DNA from: Tubiluchus corallicola
Taxonomy: Eukaryota; Animalia; Priapulida
Assembly: GCA_030141605.1 (NCBI GenBank)
Contig: JAQGDQ010000063.1
Coordinates: forward strand, 434,001-498,000
Length of the DNA: 64,000 nt
Reading direction: 5' to 3'
Part shown: piece by piece, positions 13,217-25,908 of the stretch
Position numbering within the stretch: position 1 is the first letter of the stretch
How the letters are laid out: each line of letters begins with the position of its first letter
The notes under the pieces: model-generated
The model's input: the letters and a program-made list of their open reading frames with translations, nothing else
Told to the model about the DNA's origin: nothing
The model's database searches: none
Made by a program: the position numbers and the translations under genes

Positions 13217-16200
13217 ATGCGTGCTAGTGCAGAACCATGGTAGGGACGTCCTAAAGCGTGCTAGTGCAGAACCATGGTAGGGACGTCCTAAAGCGTGCTA
13301 GTGCAGAACCATGGTAGGGATGTCCTAAAGCATGCTAGTGCAGAACCATGGTAGGGATTTCCCAAAGCACGCTAGTGCAGAACCATGGTAAGGACGTCCT
13401 AAAGCGTGCTAGTGCAGCTCCATGTTAGGGACATCCAAAAGTGTTTAGGGACGTCCTAAAGCGTGCTAGTGCAGAACTATAGTAGGGACGTCCTAAAGTG
13501 TGCTAGTGCAGAACCATGGTAAGGACGTCCTAAAGCGTGCTAGTGCAGCTCCATGTTAGGGATGTCCTAAAGCGTTCTAATGCAGAACCATGGTAGAGAC
13601 ATCCTAAAGCGTGCTAGCATAGAACCATGGTAGGGACGTCCTAAAGTGTGCTAGTGCAGTACCATGATGGGGACGTCCTAAAGCGTGCTAGTGCAGAACC
13701 ATGGTAGGGATATCCCAAAGCACGCTAGTACAGAACCATGGTAAGGACGTCTTAAAGCGTGCTAGTGCAGCTCCATGGTAGGGATATGCCAAAGCACGCT
13801 AGTGCAGAACCATGGTAAGGACGTCCTAAAGCATGCTAGTGCAGAACTATGGTAGGGACATCCTAAAACGTGCTAGTGCAGAACCATGGTAAAGACGTCC
13901 TAAAGCGTGCTAGCGCAGAACCATGATGGGGACGTCCTAAAGCGTGCTAGTGCAGAACCATGGTAGGGATATCCCAAAGCACGCTAGTACAGAACCATGG
14001 TAAGGACGTCTTAAAGCGTGCTAGTGCAGCTCCATGGTAGGGATATGCCAAAGCACGCTAGTGCAGAACCATGGTAAGGACGTCCTAAAGCATGCTAGTG
14101 CAGAACTATGGTAGGGACATCCTAAAACGTGCTAGTGCAGAACCATGGTAAGGACGTCCTAAAGTGTGCTAGTGCAGCTCCATGTTAGGGATGTCCTAAA
14201 GCATTCTAATGCAGAACCATGGTAGGGACGTCCTAAAGTGTGCTAGTGCAGAACCATGGTAAGGACATCCTAAAGCGTGCTAGTGCAGCTCCATGTTAGG
14301 GTTGTCCTAAAGCGTTCTAATGCAGAACCATGGTAGGGACGTCCTAAAGTGTGCTAGTGTAGAACCATGGTAGGGATTTCCCAAAGCACGCTAGTGCAGA
14401 ACCATGGTAAGGACGTCCTAAAGCATGCTAGTGCAGAACTATGGTAGGGACATCCTAAAACGTGCTAGTGCAGAACCATGGTAAAGACGTCCTAAAGCGT
14501 GCTAGCGTAGAACCATGGTAGGGACGTCCTAAAGTGTGCTAGTGCAGAACCATGGTAAGGACGTCCTAAAGCGTGCTAGTGCAGCTCCATGTTAGGGATG
14601 TCCTAAAGCATTCTAATGCAGAACCATGGTAGGGATGTCCTAAAGTGTGCTAGTGCAGAACCATGGTAAGGACGTCCTAAAGCGTGCTAGTGCAGCTCCA
14701 TGTTAGGGACGTCCTAAAGCGTGCTAGTGCAGAACCATGGTAGGGACGTCCTAAAGCGTGCTAGTGCAGAACCATGGTAGGGACGTCCTAAAGCGTGCTA
14801 GTGCAGAACCATGGTAGGGACGTCCTAAAGCATGCTAGTGCAGAACCATGGTAGGGACGTCCTAAAGCGTGCTAGTGCAGAACCATGGTAGGCACGTCCT
14901 AACGCGTGCTAGTGCAGAACCACGGTAGGGACGTCCTAAAGCGTGCTAGTGCAGAACCACGGTAGGGACGTCCTAAAGCGTGCTAGTGCAGAACCATGAT
15001 AGGGACGTCCTAAAGCGTGCTAGTGTAGAACCATGGTAGGGATTTCCCAAAGCACGCTAGTGCAGAACCATGGTAAGGACGTCCTAAAGCGTGCTAGTGC
15101 AGCTCCATGTTAGGGACATCCAAGTGTTTAGGGACGTCCTAAAGCGTGCTAGTGCAGAACTATAGTAGGGACGTCCTAAAACGTGCTAGCGCAGAACCAT
15201 GGTAGGGACGTCCTAAAGCGTGCTAGCGTAGAAACATGGTAGGGACGTCCTAAAGTGTGCTAGTGCAGAACCATGGTAAGGACGTCCTAAAGCGTGCTAG
15301 TGCAGCTCCATGTTAGGGATGTCCTAAAGCGTTCTAATGCAGAACCATGGTAGAGACATCCTAAAGCGTGCTAGCATAGAACCATGGTAGGGACGTCCTA
15401 AAGTGTGCTAGTGCAGTACCATGATGGGGACGTCCTAAAGCGTGCTAGTGCAGAACCATGGTAGGGATATCCCAAAGCACGCTAGTACAGAACCATGGTA
15501 AGGACGTCTTAAAGCGTGCTAGTGCAGCTCCATGTTAGGGACATCCTAAAGCATTTTAGTGTAGAGCCATGGTAGGGACGTCCTAAAACGTGCTAGTGCA
15601 GAACCATGGTAGGGATATCCCAAAGCACGCTAGTGCAGAACCATGGTAAGGACGTCCTAAAGCATGCTAGTGCAGAACTATGGTAGGGACATCCTAAAAC
15701 GTGCTAGTGCAGAACCATGGTAAAGACGTCCTAAAGCGTGCTAGCGCAGAACCATGGTAGGGACGTCCTAAAGCGTGCTAGCGTAGAACCATGGTAGGGA
15801 CGTCCTAAAGTGTGCTAGTGCAGAACCATGGTAAGGACGTCCTAAAGCGTGCTAGTGCAGCTCCATGTTAGGGATGTCCTAAAGCATTCTAATGCAGAAC
15901 CATGGTAGGGACGTCCTAAAGTGTGCTAGTGCAGAACCATGGTAAGGACGTCCTAAAGCGTGCTAGTGCAGCTCCATGTTAGGGATGTCCTAAAGCGTTC
16001 TAATGCAGAACCATGGTAGGGACGTCCTAAAGTGTGCTAGTGCAGAACCATGGTAAGGACGTCCTAAAGCGTGCTAGTGCAGCTCCATGTTAGGGATGTC
16101 CTAAAGCGTTCTAATGCAGAACCATGGTAGAGACATCCTAAAGCGTGCTAGCATAGAACCATGGTAGGGACGTCCTAAAGTGTGCTAGCGCAGTACCATG

Positions 16201-19200
16201 ATAGAGACGTCCTAAAGCGTGCTAGTGCAGAACCATAGTAGGGATATCCCAAAGCACGCTAGTACAGAACCATGGTAAGGACGTCTTAAAGCATGCTAGT
16301 GCAGCTCCATATTAGGGACATCCTAAAGCGTGCTAGTGCAGAACTATAGTAGGGACGTCCTAAAACGTGCTAGTGCAGAACCATGGTAAGGACGTCCTAA
16401 AGCGTGCTACTGCAGCTCCATGTTAGGGATGTCCTAAAGCGTTCTAATGCAGAACCATGGTAGGGACGTCCTAAAGCGTGCTAGTGCAGCTCCATGTTAG
16501 GGATGTCCTAAAGCGTTCTAATGCAGAACCATGGTAGAGACATCCTAAAGCGTGCTAGCATAGAACCATGGTAGGGATGTCCTAAAGTGTGCTAGCGCAG
16601 TACCATGATAGGGACGTCCTAAAGTGTGCTAGTGCAGAACCATGGTAGGGATATCCCAAAGCATGCTAGTACAGAACCATGGTAAGGACGTCTTAAAGCG
16701 TGCTAGTGCAGCTCCATGTTAGGGACATCCTAAAGCGTGCTAGTGCAGAACTATAGTAGGGACGTCCTAAAACGTGCTAGTGCAGAACCATGGTAAAGAC
16801 GTCCTAAAGCGTGCTAGCGCAGAACCATGGTAGGGACGTCCTAAAGCGTGCTAGCGTAGAACCATGGTAGGGACGTCCTAAAGTGTGCTAGTGCAGAACC
16901 ATGGTAAGGACGTCCTAAAGCGTGCTAGTGCAGCTCCATGTTAGGGACGTCCTAAAGCGTTCTAATGCAGAACCATGGTAGGGACGTCCTAAATTGTGCT
17001 AGCGCAGCTCCATGTTAGGGACGTCCTAAAGCGTTCTAATGCAGAACCATGGTAAGGGCGTCCTAAAGTGTGCTAGTGCAGCTCCATGTTAGGGACATCC
17101 TAAAGCATTTTAGTGCAGAGCCATGTTAGGGTTGTCCTAAAGCGTTCTAATGCAGAACCATGGTAGGGACGTCCTAAAGTGTGCTAGTGTAGAACCATGG
17201 TAGGGATTTCCCAAAGCACGCTAGTGCAGAACCATGGTAAGGACGTCCTAAAGCATGCTAGTGCAGAACTATGGTAGGGACATCCTAAAACGTGCTAGTG
17301 CAGAACCATGGTAAAGACGTCCTAAAGCGTGCTAGCGCAGAACCATGGTAGGGACGTCCTAAAGCGTGCTAGCGTAGAACCATGGTAGGGACGTCCTAAA
17401 GTGTGCTAGTGCAGAACCATGGTAAGGACGTCCTAAAGCGTGCTAGTGCAGCTCCATGTTAGGGATGTCCTAAAGCATTCTAATGCAGAACCATGGTAGG
17501 GACGTCCTAAAGTGTGCTAGTGCAGAACCATGGTAAGGACGTCCTAAAGCGTGCTAGTGCAGCTCCATGTTAGGGACGTCCTAAAGCGTGCTAGTGCAGA
17601 ACCATGGTAGGGACGTCCTAAAGCGTGCTAGTGCAGAACCATGGTAGGGACGTCCTAAAGCGTGCTAGTGCAGAACCATGGTAGGCACGTCCTAAAGCGT
17701 GCCAGTGCAGAACCACGGTAGGGACATCCTAAAGCGTGCTAGTGCAGAACCACGGTAGGGACGTCCTAAAGCGTGCTAGTGCAGAACCATGATAGGGACG
17801 TCCTAAAGCGTGCTAGTGTAGAACCATGGTAGGGATTTCCCAAAGCACGCTAGTGCAGAACCATGGTAAGGACGTCCTAAAGCATGCTAGTGCAGCTCCA
17901 TGTTAGGGACATCCAAGTGTTTAGGGACGTCCTAAAGCGTGCTAGTGCAGAACTATAGTAGGGACGTCCTAAAACGTGCTAGCGCAGAACCATGGAAGGG
18001 ACGTCCTAAAGCGTGCTAGCGTAGAAACATGGTAGGGACGTCCTAAAGTGTGCTAGTGCAGAACCATGGTAAGGACGTCCTAAAGCGTGCTAGTGCAGCT
18101 CCATGTTAGGGATGTCCTAAAGCGTTCTAATGCAGAACCATGGTAGAGACATCCTAAAGCGTGCTAGCATAGAACCATGGTAGGGACGTCCTAAAGTGTG
18201 CTAGTGCAGCTCCATGTTAGGGATGTCCTAAAGCGTTCTAATGCAGAACCATGGTAGAGACATCCTAAAGCGTGCTAGCATAGAACCATGGTAGGGACGT
18301 CCTAAAGTGTGCTAGCGCAGTACCATGACAGGGACGTCCTAAAGCGTGCTAGTGCAGAACCATAGTAGGGATATCCCAAAGCACGCTAGTACAGAACCAT
18401 GGTAAGGACGTCTTAAAGCGTGCTAGTGCAGCTCCATGTTAGGGACATCCTAAAGCGTGCTAGTGCAGAACTATAGTAGGGACGTCCTAAAACGTGCTAG
18501 TGCAGAACCATGGTAAAGACGTCCTAAAGCGTGCTAGCGCAGAACCATGGTAGGGACGTCCTAAAGCGTGCTAGCGTAGAACCATGGTAGGGACGTCCTA
18601 AAGTGTGCTAGTGCAGAACCATGGTAAGGACGTCCTAAAGCGTGCTAGTGCAGCTCCATGTTAGGGACGTCCTAAAGCGTTCTAATGCAGAACCATGGTA
18701 GGGACGTCCTAAATTGTGCTAGCGCAGCTCCATGTTAGGGACGTCCTAAAGCGTTCTAATGCAGAACCATGGTAAGGGCGTCCTAAAGTGTGCTAGTGCA
18801 GCTCCATGTTAGGGACATCCTAAAGCATTTTAGTGCAGAGCCATGGTAGGGACGTCCTAAAGCGTTCTAGTGTAGAACATGGTAGGGACATCCAAAAATG
18901 TTTAGGGACGTCCCAAAGCGTGCTAGTGCAGAACCGCGGTAGGGATGTCCTAAAGCATTCTAATGCAGAACTATGGTAGAGACATCCTAAAGCGTGCTAG
19001 TGCAGAACCATGGTAGGGACGTCCTAAAATGTGCCAGTGTAGAACTATGGTAGGGACGTCCTAAAACGTGCTAGTGCAGAACCATGGTAGGGACGTCCTA
19101 AAGCGTGCTAGTGCAGAACCATGGTAGAGACGTCCTAAAACGTGCTACGTAGAACCATGGTAGGGACGTCCTAAAGCGTGCTAGTGCAGACCATGGTAGA

Positions 19201-19248
19201 GACGTCCTAAAGCGTGCTAGTGCAGAACCGTGGTAGGGACGTCCTAAA
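13217..19248. repeat. 37-bp satellite array (~160 copies; CCTAAAGCGTGCTAGTGCAGAACCATGGTAGGGACGT) with higher-order repeats
   Basis: Directly visible periodicity; recurring variant units and blocks. Confidence 0.98.
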
Positions 19249-20984
19249 GGTACCATTTTTAATAATTAGGTTAACTTACAGCTTACATTATACAGTTAAT
19301 TAAATGCATTTAGCAAATGTTGATGTAATCTAAGAAAACGTATTTGCACAGAACATCATAAATTTTATTTGTTTGGCACTAGTAGTACTACTAGAAGAAA
19401 ACTGCAGAAGTCAGAAGAGAATGAATGAGGCTTTTAGAAGCAACACTGTTCCTGAAATTGCTATGCCGAATCCTGTCTTGAATCTATTAATCTGAAAGAA
19501 CGAAAATTTCACGAGCCTACAACTATATTTATTAGTAAAAATTCACTGTAACATTTTAGACGATAATTAAATTTCTTGGAAATACTTCGTAAAACGTCAC
19601 TTGAAGTATTTTTAAGATTCGTGAGTATTTTTGAACATTTTTAAGAATAGACTATCTTAAATTTTCGCTTGTTCAAACTAATTGTAATGCAATAATGTTT
19701 ACACTGTATAAATATATCGATGCACAATCTCTTTTCTGGCTTGGGTTCCCAAATACGAAACTTTCCACTAACAGGTGAACGCGCAACTGTAAAAAGCCAC
19801 ATGCATTAATACGGTACTTGATATACACAAACATATTGAACTACATGTACATCACTTTCCACATGCCTTACAACACAAGGGAATAAACACTGAATATTGC
19901 CTTCATCTCAGAGCATCTGCTTAAGGACGCATTCAATCAATCTACAATGCCATGATTAGCAATTTTCTAAATTCTATTAGCCGCCAACAAAAGCTGTAAA
20001 CTTTTGCTGATCGAATTTCAAGAAAATTTATGGCGGCGATAAAGCTGTGTTAATAAGCAGTATAATTCAGAGACTAGTTAAAATTCGCTTGATACAAGCT
20101 GATCATAAAACCAACACAGGAAGATTTTAACAAACAGCCACAATACTACATTAAAAGGCAGAGGTATGTGACCATGCACGTTTCCTCAATAATTTACATG
20201 CATCAAATACAAGTTTACCTGTCAATCAATCAACACTAGAGACTCTTAATTACCACAATTTAGGAAAGTTTTTGATACATTTACAAACCAGAACACTTTC
20301 TTAAACCAATGTATGGCTTGGATAGGGGATAGGGTAAAAATATTAGACAAAGAAGAAAAAATGGAGTAAGAGGCGTTGGCCAAAGACATGAGGAGTCGAG
20401 GACCTACAAATACCAGCCCAGTGCCATTCTGTCAACTATGGTCATGTTGACCATAGTCACTCTTCTCTAATATGCGCCTACGTTCACAGTGTTGCCCCCA
20501 CCATAATGATGAGTTGGCATTAGACAATGCACATACAATTACTTTAGCTTCTGTTTTTTTTTATTGATTTTCATCAACCATTTGGTAAATTTTTAATAAC
20601 TTAGCTTTAACCTTTTTAATTCTGTCTACAATCTGCCACAACTGTATTTTTATAGTTTTAGTTAACAAATGAGTCTATTTTTATTAAACTGCACTATTAC
20701 TAATTTATTTCAACTATTATAGTTCTTAACATAACGGCTAGTCACACAAATGAATTTAATTTTTGCGAAAATGCAGTGATAAATTTCTCTGTTTTGCAGT
20801 AATTTACTGTGACCCTGAAAATGGGAGAAATGCGGAAAAATTACTAAAAAAGATCAGCGAGTTTTGACATCAAAACTTCGTTGTTCTGTTGGAAGAAACA
20901 GTTGTCAGTAAAATTCAAGTCACCCAACCAAGTATCCCATTATTACAACAGACAATATATGCAAGATATACATGATGGTCATGG

Positions 20985-21507
20985 ACCTTTCGCTAAGGGA
21001 CACAGAAACTTCGAGTAATAGTACAGAGCAATTTTTTACATCAAATAAATATATTAATAATAAACAAAGTACTGCTGAAACAAAACGAATCTATCGCGTC
21101 TTTAAGATTAGTGTGAAAGCCTCGCATGTCTCACACAGCCTGCAATCTTGAAGGGTATGATCCGCGCAGCTACCCAAAAAGTCTGGGATTATTTTTTCTC
21201 ATGAACTTAAACGGCATGAAAATTCACTGGACCTCAAATCCACGGGCTACTCTGAAAGACAAAATGGACACTAATCCAAGAACATGCTCAATATTCACCA
21301 GACAAATTTGAGAGACATCATGAGATCTCCAGTTCTGCGAGTCGATGCTCCGACATACACCTCAAAATTGCAGGCTGTGCGAAACACGGGAGCTTACACT
21401 CGAAATTCTGAGGCATGATAGATTCGCAATTTTTATGCAGGTGCACTACATTGATGTAATAAATTATCCTGTACTACTCTTGGTTTTTGTACACCCTAGC
21501 AAAAGGT
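20985..21507. mobile_element. MITE with long (~170-bp) imperfect terminal inverted repeats
   Basis: CCTTTCGCTAAGGG...GAGTAATAGTACAG...CACAGCCTGCAATCTTGA is mirrored by TCAAAATTGCAGGCTGTG...CTGTACTACTC...CCCTAGCAAAAGG. Confidence 0.8.
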
Positions 21508-22149
21508 AATGAGGATATACATTCTTCCATGTTTTAACACTTACAGCTAGACTTAGACTGCAAGTTAGGATTTACACATAAATGTTTGGGTGGTATCAGG
21601 CCAACAAGGTTTAGTAAGATGCTGACAGGTATTCTTATTAACACCTCTTTCAGCGATATTTTGTATACATATAGGAACATTTTAAGGATAGTTCAGTTCT
21701 GAAATAAACACAATTAGGGCGAGAAAAGATATGAATATTAAATTAAAAATGAAAATTTAATTATAATGAATATTTACTGCCAATCGACACAAAATGTTTG
21801 AAAAATTACTCATCTGATTTTTTGTGTAGGTACAAATAACTATGTCAAAAATTTTATGTTATTTACACAACGTTTTACTGTCATGTTCTAACACGCAACT
21901 TGAACGATCATTTTTACAGTTAGTATTTTTGTAAAACATTACAATAAAGTTTAATTTTCTGGATGGAGCCAATCGAGTTACTCGGAACATCCAACTCCTG
22001 CCAACGTTTTAAACACTGAGTGAGTGCTGCTGCCATCTGACGTCAAAGAAAATAGAATCAGTTTTATAAATCCCTTGGCAATGCGACTCCTGCTAGCTTT
22101 TTTGAGACAAGAAGAAAAGCAGTGAAAATTGCCTTAACTGAATTAAGAT

Positions 22150-22330
22150 TTTATAGAAACTGTATACATTGTAAACCATGGTGCTAACTTATATTTAAAC
22201 TGAACCGACGGTTATGAAATGGGTACCAAAGTGGCGACGTGGCACTGCTACTGTCTACTTTCAAGAAGATTGTAAAGCCAAATCTATATTTCACGCTACT
22301 AGTGTATCCAATATACTTGATATCAACCTG
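22150..22330 (+). mobile_element. Highly decayed reverse-transcriptase fragment (Penelope-like)
   Basis: GGTTATGAAATGGGTACCAAAGTGGCG = G-Y-E-M-G-T-K-V-A, resembling the GxAMGTxxAP RT motif; stops and frameshifts nearby. Confidence 0.3.
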
Positions 22331-23269
22331 ATATAAACAATTGGAAAAATTTATCAAAATCTAAGTATTAAAACAAAATATATACATTTTTCATTTGGTA
22401 TTTTTAGGTTACCTGTTGCACAGTGTACAATGACCGCTACACAACTTATTTGAAAAATTGAGAGAGCTCTTTCATAATACTACTTCCCTTCAGTCTTATT
22501 ACTAACAATAGCAGACTAGGTGGTAAAGCTGCGTTCATGGTAGCCTGTTATTATTACAAGGAAAATTCAAAGCTCGGAAGGCAGGTGCGTTATATGCGTT
22601 TAGAAGAATAGCTGCATTTAACCATGAATGTACAGTCTCTGTAGGCTTAATACTGGACTATACGTACTTTAAATTTACAACACAACTTGAAATTAGAAAC
22701 GTGTTTCGACACTACCACAAGCTAAAGTTTCAACGCGTTACAGGCGACAGGCGTTTTTAATTGAAAAATATAAACAGATATCTACAAGAGACGTATATTA
22801 TATATGAAATATTAAGTATAAAAATTAACGATTAATTTTAAAATTAAAGCACTTTTAAAATTAAAAACATTAATTGTGCGCATATACTAATATTAGCTGA
22901 TATATTAATATTGCAGATAAAAAAGTTCTTTTTACTATGATGTTTGTCACATACAAATGGTCGAGATCGTTTAATTGTTTCTTATCGGGTCCTCATAAAC
23001 GGAAATCCTTTTTGTCCTCAATATTTTCCCCAAAAGACGCTGATTACAGTGATTAGACATCTCAACAGATAGCACTGTTATTAGCCTATCAGCTAGCGTT
23101 ATGCCTATTGCTAACTATTCTGTGCTTTATTTCAAATCATTACCTAGAAAATCCCGATATTATCTAAAATTTAAACCCTTGCTGTAGAGTTCGTAACCAC
23201 GGGAAGCCCATATTCACTAAAAGAATTTACAATTAAATGCGCCTCTACAAAGAAGCAAACATAACTTAC

Positions 23270-23334
23270 CTTCTGAGTATGACAGGTGGAATTTTCACCT
23301 CTTTGCTCTTTTCATCCTCTTTCTTTTTCTCCAT
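23270..23334 (-). CDS. Candidate alternative first coding exon C (MEKKKEDEKSKEVKIPPVILR; phase 2)
   Basis: ACCATGG Kozak context with an in-frame TGA just upstream; purine-rich; AG|GTAAGT donor. Confidence 0.6.
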
Positions 23335-25807
23335 GGTTCTTCACCTAACATCCATGCAGCTACTCGGTTTAAATGCTACAGCGGTCAGTCAATTATTACT
23401 TCCGCTTAGGCAAGCACATTGAATGGGCTCAGAGCGTTCAAAAGCTACCACGGTACATTCTACAATCACGTCTGCAGAGACTGCTGATTTAAAAATGGAT
23501 TGTGTTTCATTTCTGTGTGCTGAAGTCACACAGAAATTATTTTTCACTTTCAGTGCAATTACTGCAATAATAAGCTACACTTAAAATCGCTAAAACTCAT
23601 AAAACGTACTTCACCTTCGCCGCCACCACATGGTTCAGATTTCAGACATGCATCATACTCTCATTACCCTGTTCGGCATTTCAAAATATACAAGGATTGA
23701 TTGATGACTTTTTTATCCAGTAGAGTTATATCCTAACATTAATTCAACCATTGATGCAAGCTAGCCAATGATTGTTACAAGTTCTGGGTGGCTGCGGCTG
23801 ATAAATTAAAAGGTAGCGATTCCGTGAAGGTTCTACAAGAATTGTTGTCAGTAAAAATAGAACCAAAAATAACCGTTTTCATAAGCGGTTAATGCTTGAG
23901 GATTAATATACGGCTCTGATATCTATCACTGCTAAGCAGTCCAGTAATCCTGGCAAATTCAAGAATAAACCGGAATTCGTGACATTCCACCTCACAAAAG
24001 CGAGCATTATAACCGTCAAAACGAAAGTGAAATCCAATATAGCCACAGGTTAAACAGCTTTACTAAAAGTAGAATGTCGTTGGATAAATATCAAGACACT
24101 GTAAAAGCAGTAAGAGAGAGAGAACAAAATTAGAACTGTTGGTATACAGTGAAGAACGTGTTTCGTCAGCCTAATATAACAGTGGATGATGTAAAGTATA
24201 AAAATGCAAAAAGCTTTTATATTTCTTGCACGCTTTTAACGCTGGGTTGTTGAAAGCAGTTCAAACAAAACGTTGAATTACCTTCTTTCTCTGCATACTG
24301 TTCTCTACTCTGTAATCAATATTAAATGGACGCTATGAAATTATACTCGAGTGAGCTACCAGTGATAAGGCTTGTATTCCCTATTCTTGATGACCGTGTG
24401 CTGAATCTACAATACGCATCATCTTACAATCACAATGGAAATCCGTTTTGAATTTTGATGTCTGTCTCTTTGGTACCAAGTTACAAAATGCACGTTTTAA
24501 AAGCAAACTGACGTAACCACGGTAATAAGATTTTTGAAGTTTCTGTAGAACTCACCACTAACGTAAATGCAACACAACGTTTCGACGGCTTGCTGCGTGA
24601 CATCACTGTCTACACCTTACAACATCTGAATTCATTGAGAGTGTACATCCAAAAACCGGATTCTACAAAGCCTATTTAATCATCGCAATAGCAATCATCA
24701 CTAAACCATGATACTTGAGTGGAAACTCCCGCATTATATGAAGCTTAATGAAGCAGAGCAATAAAGTCTAGTGAACACGAATAGAGAATGAACAGAGTTT
24801 CGCGAAATTTATTCCAGTCACGCAAAGTCACAAAGAAAAGTAAAAAACAAGTAATTTCATTTCATTTTCTTATTTCGGAATACCACTAGCAGAAAAGTTG
24901 ATACAATTAAAAATAAAAATCTAAAGCACACTAAAAGCGCGAACTGTCCGGGGAATCATTATAAAGCTGATAATTCACACGTCTGTTTCTTAGCACCCGC
25001 CCGCGTAACTACGTATTTCTGCATAATTTTAAAATTATTTTGTACAAAATCACTTTTAATATAAAAACGTAATGAATAGTATATAGTAACCCGCACAAAT
25101 TCTGAACTAAAATGATATGATATAATAACTAAAATAACACTTTTGTTTTGGTTCCTTGTTTATACATGTCTGAATATTTAAAATAGCTATGAGGATGTAG
25201 AATTGTGTAACAGAGCTTTTAGAAGCTAACAATCTCAAAACAAACTAGTTCCCTTCAAGAAGTATTACTAACGTGAAGATAACTATTTTTACTGAAGGTA
25301 GCAAACAACATCATAGTGAGTTACGAACGATCTTGCGCTAATACTAAATGTCATATCATGAAAACAAATTACAGGAACATGGAATTTCGTGTACAAGTTA
25401 GTTATGATTAGCCATGATTATTACGCGCACATGCTGCCACCCCTTGCCGTAGAATCGGAATCTTTTTACTTTCAAATTCGTTCTCAGCGAATATGATATT
25501 GTCTTTTTACAAAGACCTGAGCAATTACGTCTAAAATGATTTTTCAACGATTGGAAGCTACTTACTCTAAACACTCAATTGGCATTTCTAATTTTACGTC
25601 GCTTTGTAAAAATCAGAAAACTTAGGCCGTGCATGTTTGATAAATATGACATACTTGCGATTTTTGTTGGGCGACAAAAATTGGAAAGTGCCTGCAGTTT
25701 TACGCTTTCATTAATAGAAGAAAAATTAAAAACACGGAACAGTGGGCAAAAATTAGTAAAAGAAAGGCAATGTTTGAACTATAGTGTACGTAGCGAAATG
25801 TACTTAC

Positions 25808-25908
25808 CGTGTAAGTGAAGAAATATCACCCCACGATAAAGAGCAGCAAGCACAATGGAGCCCTAGACGATCTATTCCAGCTAAAGCAAACGGTACTGCA
25901 TTAGTCAT
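25808..25908 (-). CDS. Candidate alternative first exon B (MTNAVPFALAGIDRLGLHCACCSLSWGDISSLT; phase 2)
   Basis: ATG-led 101-nt open frame ending at CG|GTAAGT. Confidence 0.5.

Noticed and set aside
13217-19248. CRISPR array (37-bp palindromic repeats)
   Set aside because: Units are head-to-tail with no unique spacers, there are no cas genes, and the context is eukaryotic. The same applies to the 31-, 38- and 60-bp arrays.
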